The notes below the pieces were generated by a model that searched no databases, had not been told where the DNA came from, and saw only the letters and a program-made list of their open reading frames with translations. From Paragordius varius (lineage: Eukaryota; Animalia; Nematomorpha): a stretch of DNA of 64,000 nucleotides. This document shows, piece after piece, positions 1 through 12,191 of this stretch (within the stretch, counting starts at the first letter, position 1; each line of letters opens with the position of its first letter). The DNA is taken from NCBI GenBank assembly GCA_964247055.1, contig OZ176053.1, forward strand, positions 12,214,001 to 12,278,000. The letters run 5' to 3'. The position numbers and the translations under genes are program-made.

Positions 1-3000
1 CACCTTTTACACAACCGTGGTAAATTTTTAATTTATCTATTTTTAAGTTTCAAACAATATATTATATAAATCGGTTCAACTTCATGGTAACTAATAGTTA
101 ATATACTATTTACAATGAGTTGTGTTTAAATTCCCTCGTTTTTAATGTATAGGGTGGTATGAAAGCAGTTATTTGGACAGATGTTATCCAATGTTTTTTC
201 ATGTTTGCGGGCATTTTTGCTATCATAGGGATTGGGACGGCCAAAGTTGGGGGTTTTGATGAAGTTTGGCGCCGAGCTGTAAAGGGTGGGCGTATATATT
301 GGTTCAAGTAATAAGTTTTTTGATGGCATATTATCAGGACATTTATTTTTGAAGCAAAATCTGAACTAAGCGTTTAAAAAATATGCATCTCCTAAAAATT
401 TATCCTTAAAAAGTTATTTTACAGTAATCTGAAAGATATAAATTACATATCTTTGCATGTCTGAAGCGATGGCCAAATTCCATTTTATTTTTTTATGGCT
501 TAATTTATTATTAAATTTTTTTTGTAAAATATAGGTAAAACCTTTTCAAATTAAATGCTTGTTCTAATATCAATGTATAAACGATATTAATGATTAAATT
601 AGTATATAATGAGATGGTTGAAAAACTCTGACATAAAATCATAATTATCTTATATTATTTGTTATAAATACCTAAAAAGGGTTGGGATTAAATAGCTGTT
701 CCCTTCGAATGACTGCATTTATAAGCGGTTTAACCGGATATTATTACAAATTAATTCCATTGGTACATTTAGTTTGTTAAGTTTTGTTTTGATTAATGAA
801 ACGTATATTGAAAATACTTTCAATTTTACAATTTTATTAATTTTTTATCAAAAATATTTTTTAAATTTGTCTGAAAAAATATTCTTTATTTGCAAAAATA
901 AATGAAATATTTAATTTTTGCTATTATGTTAGTTACAACCCCAACCCTTTTATTCGCCACACATTTTGGACAATCATAGTTGGCGGTTTCTTTATGTGGC
1001 TTTCAATATTTGGCGTAAATCAAACTCAAGTCCAGCGGTGTCTCAGCTGTCCTACATTGAAAGTTGCCAAAAAGTTTTAAATATTTTATAAAATTATTTT
1101 TCTATTTTTTTAAAAAAGTGAAATTTTAAAAATTATTTGGTCTATATCACCAAACTTCTTAACAGAGTATTTTTATGTATAAAATTTGTGTTAATTTGCT
1201 TTTTTAGCGCAATGCTATATAATTTGCCCGGACTAATTTTACTCATGACGGTGTGCAGTCTATCAGGTTTGGTTGTTTATGCCCTTTACTATAAATGTGA
1301 CCCTTACTCTGCAAAATACATTACAAGCTCTGATCAAGTATTTTGTTTTATTTGATTTCTAAACCGCGAAAAAATAAAAAAGATTTATACATTTCCATTT
1401 AATAAAAGCTACTTCCCTATGCCGTCATGGATTTAATGAATTATCCTGGTATACCTGGTTTATTTGTGGCTAGCCTTTTTAGCGGATCACTTAGGTATAT
1501 CACATTAATTCGTAAAAAATTTTAAAACTGGTTCATTATTACCTAATATATAATCCTATTGGTTCACTTGTTTGTGTTGATAATATATCTATAAATGGTT
1601 AATTACAAAGGTTTTTTCTTGCTTTTTTCAAATGTTACAATGTATCAGTAAACTTATGTTATTTGGTCCATTTTGAAAAATCAGTTTTTTAAATTAACTT
1701 TTTGTTTCTTAGTACAATGTCGGCTGGCCTGAATTCTTTAGCAGCTGTAGTTATGGAAGACATTATAAAAACTTACCGATCGAAACCTCTGGAATACGGA
1801 GCTTGGTGGTCCAAAGTATTGGCCGCTTTGTTCGGACTTTTGATTGTAGCTCTGAGTTTCCTCACGGCACTCATGGGACCTATATTACAGGTTTATATCT
1901 AGCAAATAGAAAACCGGGATCGAATAATATATTTTCTGGTTTATGAAATAATTTACTTTTTTGTAACTAGGCTGCCCTAACCATATTTGGTATGATTGGT
2001 GGTCCACTATTGGGGCTTTTTACCCTAGCTATGTTTATACCCTGGTCAAATACCATAGTAACAATGCTATCTATTAAATATCTTTAAATTATTTATGCAT
2101 ACTTTGTATATGAAAAAACTTATTTAATTAGGGCGGTTTGTGCGGCTGGTTCACGGCACTCTTCATCTCATTCTGGATTGGAACAGGTGCAATAATGTAC
2201 AAAATTCCCGATGCAAAAGCTCCAGTCACTATTGAGGGATGTCAGTCGTTTTTTAATTCGACAACAACTTCCATGCCAACCCCACAATCGTTATTGAGTC
2301 ATTTAAGACCCATTTATGCCAAGTATTATACATAACAGTGACAATTGATTATACGGACAAAACTTAAAATGTAAAAATATGTTTTTTTATAAAAAAATAT
2401 TTTTTTACCTTGATATTTCTTCATTGCAGTTTCTTTTCCTTGCACAAAACGATAAGTTATAATTATTAATATAAAAATATGGTTGTTATTTGTAAAACAA
2501 TTTTTTACTTTTTACGTTTTGTCTGTAAAGAATTTTTCTTTTTTCATATTTTACTGTAATTAACTCTTTTAAAAAGGGTTCCATATATATACAAATTTTA
2601 TCAAAAATGTTTTATTCTTCAAGCTTATAAATTATTTCCTTAAATTGTTTTATAGGGCAGCAGTTCCAGGAAGTTTACTAATCTATCGACTTTCTTATCT
2701 TCACTTGAGTCTTTTGGCAGTTATTATAGTATTAGTGGTTGGGATGATAACGAGCTATTTAACTGGTGAGATAATATTATTATAAAACCATCAAATTTAA
2801 GTAGTTTTGATCATGTTTTTACGAATTATATTTTACTAGGTTTTCAAGATATTGATGCGTTAGATCCATTTCTTATAACTAAGCCTATGCGTAAATTTTA
2901 TCTGTATCTTGGATACAAATACAACATTAATGCTTTTACCAAACATGAAAAGTTTTTTGCTAAAGTAATTTTGGAATGTTGTTTTATAACTCTAACCACC

Positions 3001-3118
3001 TTCTATATCAAACTAATATAAATTTTTTTATTAGGGTCTTGGGGAATCTGATGAGTCGGAAACTTCGTCTAAGGAAGACTCTATCAAGCAAGTCGAAGGC
3101 GTTATAGCCCATACATAA
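1..3118 (+). CDS. SLC5A: Sodium:solute symporter, SMCT/NIS/SMVT (SLC5A8/5/6-like) clade; 5' truncated by the window edge
   Basis: GT-AG exons 1-19, 153-307, 933-1073, 1208-1337, 1409-1494, 1713-1890, 1971-2057, 2132-2322, 2656-2765, 2840-2964, 3035-3118 join in frame. Motifs: [29 protein letters not shown]...[18 protein letters not shown]...[12 protein letters not shown]...[45 protein letters not shown]. Stop TAA at 3116-3118. Confidence 0.93.
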
Positions 3119-3580
3119 TTATAAATTTATTATATCATATCATATAAGTCACATAAATTTTGTAATCTGAACCATAATAAATTAGTTGATATTTGATAAA
3201 CAGAGTTAGGATTTACATGATGAAAATATGGTTTTAGGCATGAACTATCACCCATTAACCGCATAGAAAACTTATTTTTATTTTAAAGTTAGCTGTCTTC
3301 TTTAAATACTGCTCTGTATGTTTCCTAATAACTATCAATTTATAGGGTTAAAAAATTTAGGTGTAAAGGACGAGACTTATTCAGCCATGAAAGACTTTCC
3401 TTTCGATACTGTGCTTCTATTACCATATTTCATCTTTTTAGCATCTCCTTATAGTTTAAAGTAATTGTAAACATGCGTTATTTAATATTAAGGCGTCAAC
3501 AAAATAGAATAGATCCTGATTATAGTAAAAAAAGCCCGTAGAGTAAATGGAAAAACAATGGTAAATTACAGTGTGATTTT

Positions 3581-3738
3581 ATTGATTGCTTATTTCACAC
3601 TATATGGGGCAATTTGCAACACAGGAGTGTATGGTAAAAAGAAATGAAATAATTGTTTATTCAACCATTTTGTTGTTTTTTTATATTCTACTGTGTTGCG
3701 AATTGCCCTACTATAGTGTGGAATAAGCAACCATTAAT
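3581..3738. mobile_element. Small MITE-like inverted repeat
   Basis: 3581-3624 (attgattgcttatttcacactatatggggcaatttgcaacacag) is an imperfect reverse complement of 3691-3738, with an AT-rich spacer. Confidence 0.6.
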
Positions 3739-5039
3739 ATGCATAATGTATATGCAAATCCACCTGCCGAATTTAGTGGTTATTCATATCCAAATGTAAG
3801 GAAGATACTTTTTAGTTAACATCCTAGAAGAACACTTTATATCTCAGCGTCAGAATATATTATAATTGTTAAATATGTGTTTTTAACTAAAATTAGAGAT
3901 AATTGTAATAATTGTATAAAGGTATTGACTTCGCCATAAGCATTTTCGAATTTTTTTGTGTTATTATGTATAACATTTATTTATATTCCATAAATTAAAT
4001 TGGTATACAGATAAAAGACTATTTAAAAAAAATTGAATTTACATGAGATTTTAAGTAATATTTTTTATTTGTCCTAAATTTAAAAGTACTGGAAACTCAC
4101 CATCTACCTATTTGGGCAAACTTAGGTTTAAATAATTTTTATTCATCCTTATATGATATCAATAGCAAAAGTTAAATAAATATTCAATTTTTTAACATAC
4201 ACCTAACCAAATAATACAAAAGGCTCATTTAAAAAAGCCGTCAGAAAAAGACCATTGTAAAATAAGGCATGTTTTATCTTTAAAAAAAATCCCTGCTAAA
4301 AATATCAGATAAGACACATGACAGATTCCCAAGGTGTAGTTTTACTAACTAAGAAATCGTTAACGGTTAATCAACTCTAATCCAAAAAACAAAAAAGTGC
4401 CTTTATATTGGCCATTGTTTCTTATTTGTACCTTATCTCTAGTCGCGGATTGATTGAAAATAAAACTGTGCTGCAGTTTTGGAATGGAATATAATCCCAA
4501 AACCTATTATCTTAGTTTTCCTCTTTTTATAAATAAAAAAAATTGATTAACTAAAATTTAAAGTTTCAGACAATGTAATTAACCCTGACCATTTTAAATT
4601 TCATTTGCATGCGAATAAAAAATCATGAAAAATTTGACATGAGTAAAACTATTTGGAATGAATTACAAATTATAAAATTAAACTTAAAAAAATTTACCTG
4701 TCAACCAAAAATTTTAATTTAACCTTTTCATTTTTTCACATAAAAAATCCATATCTTACACATTATATACATTGATAACCTGCCTACCTGCCTGCCTTAT
4801 AAATTTATGCAAAAGGCCTATTTACCTTGAACCCTTTTTTTATGTATACGATAAAAAATATAAAATTTAGCCAAAATAAATTAAATATGCCAAAATGCCA
4901 TCCATCCCATTAACTTTCAATTTTTTTAAAAAAACTTTTCTTGAATGATTGATTAATGAAAAATAATTAAGTATGCAATTATCAAGCGTATAAAGGCAGC
5001 TAGATCATCTTATTAGTCAAATTATTAAAATAGTTTCTT

Positions 5040-7367
5040 ATGAAATATTCCATGAATCTCCATTTTAACATTTTGATAATTGCGTTTGCTGTGTATTCCA
5101 TTAAGCTTAGTGCTGCCAACCTCAACAGTCATTATCGATTTCGAAATGATGACCAACAATTCTTAAATTTTAAAGGCGGTTTCTTTACCTGGAATTCTTC
5201 GCTTGAGAATCCAAGAAAGGTAAAAAAATATTTGAGAGTGCATCATTTTAATTTTATCGATTCTCTCTATAAACTTAGTTTTATATTAGGTGAATTTTTA
5301 TTTACATTACGCAATCGATGGCTATAAAGAACGGACATTTAACAGAAATTGTCAATACGGACGATCCGAGGATATGGTAAAATTGGCGTCAATTATTTTT
5401 ATTGATTGTAGCTTACTTTTAGTGCCTTTGATATGAATTTATTTAGGATGTTTGAAAGCTTGTATTTTTGTTAAGAAATTAATAGTATTAACAAGTGAAA
5501 CACGTCTTTAAAAAAATATATTCAAAATTAGAAGCTTTTTAATATATTGTTTCTTGTTAGTATTCCAATATTTTACATTGTTCGGATTGCGAAGGCTCAC
5601 TCACGAATGTAATTAAATATGGTTGTCCTAAAAACGAGACCACTTCATTCGTCCCTAAATGGAAAGTCCGAGAATTTACATATGAGTTTTCCCCAACTGC
5701 CACTGATTTCGACATCAGGTATTTTAATGCCCGCTAAATTTTATCAAATCGAATATTTTATCAGATGTTGTTGCGTCAAATACTTAAGTCAAAATTTAAT
5801 TTTTTTCACTCAATTCGATATTTCATAACAATTATATTAATATTCAAATATTTAGCATAAAAGGCTGTTGTTGGAAAGAATTAGCTAATGGTTTAATCCA
5901 TAAAAATGTTTTGTTTCGATTGCAAGGAAATTTTACTCAGTACGAAGCCGCAAAAGCTTTAAGGTTAAGCGGCAATGCTTTAACCATTATTCCCCCATTT
6001 GCTACGCCACTAATAGACATTGATCAAAGTACAGTTTTGATATCAAACTGCCCACAAACTATAATTATACCAGGTTTGTTCTGAGATTTTAATTTTTGAA
6101 ATGCTTTTAAATTTTTTCGTTCGGTTTTATTTTTAGAAAACATCAAACGGTCTCCACAGCCACGATTTAAATAATATTTCATTCAAATATTTCAAATATT
6201 TAGTTCTAGATTTGAATGAACACAACATTCTTCGATGCAAATTGGTTGAAAATGCATTAAATTTGCAAGGAATAGCGATTGATGAGGTTATTGATTAGAA
6301 ATAAACTTTTAAATTATAATTAACCATATGTTTATGAATTACAGTTGTATACTATTTTTCAGTCAAAAGCAACATTTTTTCAGTTGTTTCTGAGTGAAAA
6401 AAAATATTGTATTTGCTTGAAAAAATGTTACGATTTGATGAAAAATTGTTGCGCTTGGTTAAAAAAATGTTGCTGTCTGAAAAAATATTTCTTTTGGCTC
6501 AAAAATGATATTTGAGGTAAGATATATTTTTTTACACTGATATAAAGAGACTATATACGTTTTTTGCAAAACAGAATGATTGTGCCCTAAATTATGTTCC
6601 CACGAATAATAATAAAACATCGAATTATCCAGGCTTATACCCCATAGTTGTAGAAGTTGGTGTGGCCGATATAAATGAACCCGATATTCTAATCACTAAT
6701 ACGCATGTAAATATGTTGATTCGTTTACAAAAATCTCACTCATCAAACTCAAAAGTTTTGCATGGTTTAAGGAACAGTATGGAACACGAGGATATTTGTG
6801 AACTATCTAAACCTAAAATTGAAAGTCCACAAAATTTGTCTTGCATTTCAGCTCTTCCAGCATCGCCCACTGAATTTAACGTTACAATCAAAATGAATGA
6901 AAAATTTATAAAGTATATGATGTTTGTTCTTTCAAACTCATTAATATTTATCGATTTTATAAATTCATATATATAAATTTTTACATGTTAAGCACGCAAG
7001 TTAAACAGATCAAAATGAATTGGCAACCTGTAGATCTGAAAGTCAATGGAAGAATCGAACAAATTAGTAAAGACACCTGGGTTCAAAAATTCACATGGTC
7101 CCCAAAGACTGTCAAAAATGGCCGAACCATAGTTACGTTTTATGCTTTGGATGAATTTGGGTAAGTAGTAGGAATTAAACTTAATTTTTTGGAAATTTTT
7201 ATATTCAAATCATAAAAAAATATTGCTAAATTCGGTTGGTTCATTGTGTTAACGTTTTGTAAAGAATTATCATTTACAAATTATACTAATTCTTTTTTTA
7301 ATATTATAGCTACCGAAGTGATCCAGTTTTTCTGGGACTTGCGACAGAAAGTAATTTATGCAATTAA
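5040..7367 (+). CDS. Uncharacterised secreted protein (~429 aa), CCW-motif Cys-containing extracellular family
   Basis: Exons 5040-5219, 5290-5376, 5561-5718, 5856-6073, 6204-6286, 6575-6912, 6993-7160, 7310-7367 sum to 1290 nt in one frame with GT-AG junctions. There is a signal-peptide-like N-terminus (ILIIAFAVYSIKLSAA) and motifs GCCWKEL, NCPQTIIIPVLDLNEHNILRC, DENDCALNY, FTWSPKT. No C-terminal transmembrane helix. Confidence 0.8.
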
Positions 7368-8267
7368 TAAACAGCATGTTTAAACAAACAAAACATATAC
7401 TCATTATGAGATTTGGCTATTTAAAAATTTGATAAGATAATATCTATATCATTGTGGTAACAGTCAATAAGGACATAATTTTAACATATAACATCGTCTG
7501 CTGACAAGCTTTAAAATGTCCACCCATCAAGTTTTAAAGTGCCCTCTTTTAATATTGTTAAGCAACGCAAATCTATTGGTTCTTTTATATTTATCCGAAT
7601 AAATATTTCTAAAATTAACCATCCTTAACATTGCGAAGTCCTTGAAATTATTTGAAACTTCACTTTTGTTAAAGTTTAAAGGGATAATAAAATTTTTATA
7701 ATAAGTCTAAACAATATATTATATAACATATAAAATACCACAGCAAGCAATGAATGTAAATCAAGACCCGTTAGAGCGGCCCAAATAGGTGTACCTTTAA
7801 AGTGGAAAGTTGGGAAAAAATAATTCGTTAAACAGAAAGTGGAAAAAATATGAAAAACTTGCATTTACCATTTATATATGTTTTAGTTCTAAATTTATGA
7901 ATGTAACCTAATACAGATAATATCATGTGATTTTAGTGAATTTCTACACCACACCTTTTAAATTATTTGTTAGTTAATAAATTACATACGTTCCGCAATT
8001 ACAGTCCTACAAAAAAATTAATTTGATAACCATTAAATTAATCATCAAATATTTGTTTAGAGAATCAAACTTGTTTTGCACGGCGAATTGGGTTCATAAG
8101 ATGGGTCGCTGGAAAATAATCGTTAAAAGTAGTCATAAAAATTGTAATAAAAACAACTTCAAAACATTTTACGCTAAAAATTCAAATTTATAACCAAACA
8201 TATATAATTTTCATTTATTTTGTGTAGTTTTTTTCCAAAAAATTTGATACAAATAAATTATTTTTGT

Positions 8268-10632
8268 TTAAAGTACATTCAATTTGGCCTGAATATTTAC
8301 TTGACATTGGAGTAATTTCATAACATACGCAATCATTAACATATCCTAAAATATAAAAAGAAGGATTATGAAATATTTTTAAAACCACGAAAATAAGGTT
8401 GGAGCCGGCTATTTAACTTGGTAGGATCGCTTAAAAACGCAATTATTTATGATTATAACTAATTAAATTACACATATGCAGCCATATGGAAGATAAAAAT
8501 AACGGCGTAATAAACATTTGGGATAAAATTTTAAAATTCCATATTTTAACAATAAGTTTGAGGTTTGTTTAAGACTTTTTGACTATTTTTAACTGCGGTC
8601 ACATATTCATCATCGGTCCCAAATCATTTATAAATAAACAATATACGTCTTTGAAAAAAGATAAAATACTTGAGGTTAATCCTATATTATCAAAACTCTG
8701 CTACCATAAATATTTTTTGTGCAAAACAAACCTTATTCAAAATATCCAAAGGTCCATTCAAAATTTGCAAAAAAAAGTAAAATTTAAATGAAGTAACAAT
8801 TACTTTTATATTTCCCTTAAACATTTCTTCGCATTCCGTTTTCCCGAGCGATGCAAAAGGAAAGCAAGCCAATAACTCTTTGAGAGTGTGTCCGATTTGC
8901 GTGGCTTCTAAGGCATCACAAGCGTTTGAATTCAACGTATTTGCAGGGGTTGACAATATAGTGTCCACATACTTTTTGACAATCGATAGCTTCTGAGCTA
9001 TTTCATCCATGGTCAAAGTCAAGCGAGAGATATCTGATGGATTAATCTAGTTAAAAGGGAGAAAGAACGGGAGTTATTGACAATTAATAAAAATATGTAC
9101 ATACCAATTTAAATGATTTTTAAAATAAAGGTTGCATACCAAAAAAAAAGCAAAAATTTTAAAGTAAATGGAGAATAATTTAGATTATATTCTAAATATC
9201 TTGATGTTTAATTCATGATCTAGGATTATTTAATATTCTCCATTTATACTTGTCGATCGTATATATATTCGTGTTTAAATTTTATTATTTTAGATTGATA
9301 TATAATTAAAACAATATTTAAGCATAAATAGTTCAAAACCAAAAATGAATACTCAGAATTATCCAACATTTTTTCTATAATTTTATTTAAATATTGTTTC
9401 AAAACATTTTATTGGGGACAAAGAAAATAAAAACGATATTAACTTGAAAAGATGTGTTGTCCGGAAGCTTTGTAAGAGTGCCGCGATTTTCTTTACCAGA
9501 GGGCTCTGCCGCCCCCGTCGAAGTTGAAGAGATGGCAGTTAAATTGGTGGCCGGAGATGTTTGATTAGCTTGCAGTTTATTCAATAATCGATTTTGATCT
9601 CTGATAATGGTATCGACTAAACAGAATATATATAAACTGTAAAAATTCAAAAACACTAGGTAAAATTTATAAATTGTGTCAAATATAAAAATATCAATAA
9701 AATTAAACTGATAATTTTATTTAAATTAAATTGTTTTCGTGGTTTTTTTTTAAATGAAAAAAATTCACCAATATTTATATATTAATAAATGAAATCTCAT
9801 GCAGCTAGCACTATTTAGCATATTTGGATAAAGTTTAAATAGTACCCATTTCGTTTTTATTTTTCGCGCTATTTGATTATTTTTATTTTTACACTATTTA
9901 AATGACACTTATATTATAAACACTTAAAATTACACAAAATATTTAAAGTTAAAATATTTATAGTTTTTGAAGTTTCATAAAATTTAATAAAACCAATAAT
10001 TATCTACAAACTTGCAATCCTTTCACAAGGGTAAGTCACGATAACTAAAGGAATTGGCAAAAACATGGAACCATACATTTTATCTGCCACACCCATATTC
10101 AAACTAATATTAAAGCACTATTTATACTTTGTATAAGCTTTGCAGTCTAATTTATTGTTTTTGAGTGTTAAATCCATAGTTAACAAAATTAAATTGTCGC
10201 ATAATTTAGAGTACTGAGAATGAATATCATAGGTGGAAGAATTAATTGTGGCACAAGTCGTAAACCTAAAATATAAATTAATAAATATGTTAGAAAACGA
10301 TGGTGTATTAAATTTATAGAACCATCTTACCATCCAACAATTAATTCATTCGGATTTCCTCTGCGGCTAATTTCATACATGTTACTCGCAAGTTCAGATT
10401 CTAAGTAAATCTAAATATTAAAACATCCATACTTCATCCTTTTTTCTCTTTATAGTTATGGGAAAACAATTGGTAACTTCGATAACATCTTTATCCGACA
10501 TGCCTTCTATATAAAACTTTGTTTACCTAACAATATGCCAACAATGTCTTGATTAGCTTCATTTCTTCGTTCATATGCACTTACGATCGAAAACAAGACT
10601 ACAGGGTGAACTTTACAACTTAGGAGAGACAT
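8268..10632 (-). CDS. EIF3F: Eukaryotic translation initiation factor 3 subunit F (MPN domain), ~326 aa
   Basis: Exons 10527-10632, 10433-10503, 10331-10410, 10128-10265, 10012-10103, 9444-9616, 8804-9046, 8268-8345 (981 nt). Protein reads CKVHPVVLFSIVSAYERRN...GILLGMSDKDVIEVTNCF...SNMYEISRRGNPNELIVGWF...ERIAIDTI...FKGNIKDMLMIAYVMKLLQCQVNIQAKLNVL*, collinear with the eIF3f consensus. Confidence 0.92.
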
Positions 10633-11199
10633 GTGCTTTGCGCAAAGAGTTAACAAGTGATCATAAACATTTTATATACTTATTAAAAACCGTTCAAATT
10701 TAAATATAAAATTGAGTTAAGCAAAAAATTATTAAAATTATATAAACTCTAATTTTTATGGCTGTCTAAAATTTGGATATTTAAATCTAATTGAAACAGA
10801 CAGCGTAATTAGTAATAATAATAACTATAAATGTTCTGTCCAACATATTTTAATGTGCCTTAGTCTTAGTCTTTGGAATAATTTGGAAATACCTGTTTTG
10901 TGGAACAACAAGGAATATAGGATTGCACTATAATGAAATGCGGAATACTGATTGACAAAGCTCATTTTTATGCATTTAATTATTTTTTACGTTTTCAAAT
11001 CCTGGATAATTTATTAATATATGCGATGTTCTGTTGAATAACGTATTTAATTCTTAAAGATTAGCAATGTAAGTTTGTTGAATGATTTTGGTTTTTCATT
11101 ATTTGTGACTTTTATCATTCCATTATCTTTTAGGTTAATTTTATATCCCGGGAAATTTGACTATCTAAAAAAGTAGTATCAAAGGTCTTAATCCGAGAA

Positions 11200-11480
11200 T
11201 AGTATGCGTTCTTTACCCTTTTAGGCAGATTCTACAAAAAAAATTAAAATATAAAATTCTAAAAAACCTCATCTCAAACTTTTTTGCCGCCATTTTTTTA
11301 AATAAATTTTTTACGCTTGCAACAGGTAAATAACTGTATATTATTATTAAAAAATGGAAGAACTTAAGCGAAGCTTTCAGGTTGCATTTTACCAGCAAAA
11401 ACACGATATATTTTTATTTTAATATGAGTTGTTCAGTTCTATGGTGTTTTGTGTTTCAATTTTAGACTCAGTCACAAAAC
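11200..11480. repeat. Dispersed repeat copy (family with core ctcaaactttttgccgccattttttt)
   Basis: The same core and flanking similarity recur at ~46110-46330 (same orientation) and ~59930-60000 (reverse). Boundaries approximate. Confidence 0.5.
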
Positions 11481-11937
11481 TGTAAAGTATAAGCTTTTTT
11501 ATATAATATACGAGATCAATGTTGGATATTTTAACTAAAATTATGTAGTTATTTACATAATTGAGCTCTGGGATATAAACACCCAAAAAGATAAACCTGG
11601 ACAGAAAAGTGAAAAGGTAAAGAAGTGTTAATGGTGGCACAAACTGTATTTAATTTTAGCTATTAATGATAAATCTGTAAAACCCAAACTTGTTTCACAA
11701 TTTTTTAAGTTTCCTTATTTCTTTTTAAAGCATGTTTTCACTAAAATTAATTAATTCACAACTCATTACACATCAAATTGGAAGTGAATATATAGAAAGC
11801 TTAATTTTTTAAGAGTATTTTGGACTTGAATTAAAAAGCGATTTATAAATTCATGTTATATGATCACATGTTTCGCGTTATTAAAAATTATGATTATTAA
11901 GGATTCCGTTAAGACATTTAGCATTTTTTTACCAATA

Positions 11938-12191
11938 TATACCATTTCCAAAGCAAATTCGCCCTTTAAAAATTCAAATTTATTTTTGAACAATTCAATT
12001 TTACCCTTTAACAATTCAAATTCAGAAAAATATGTTTCGCACATCTAACTCATCATTAATATGAAATATTTTTTATGACATAGTTTTTATTATTTTAAAT
12101 ATATATATTAATTTTAAACGAAATTAAATTATAGGTAATTTTTAATATTTAAAAACTTAATTTGTTTTAGGGTAGGTGTAAATGGTGTATA
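11938..12191. mobile_element. MITE, family with TATACCATTTACA-type termini (degenerate copy)
   Basis: Termini tataccattt... and ...gtaaatggtgtata. Internal blocks (aattcaaattc, cattaatatgaaatat, taggtaatttt) are shared with the copies at 32520 and 38025. Confidence 0.55.

Noticed and set aside
10104-10526. eIF3f (and the aPKC 5' end) as frameshifted pseudogenes
   Set aside because: Each interruption has exact GT...AG ends, removal restores gap-free conserved protein, and the remaining exons are intact. Micro-introns are more parsimonious, pending cDNA.
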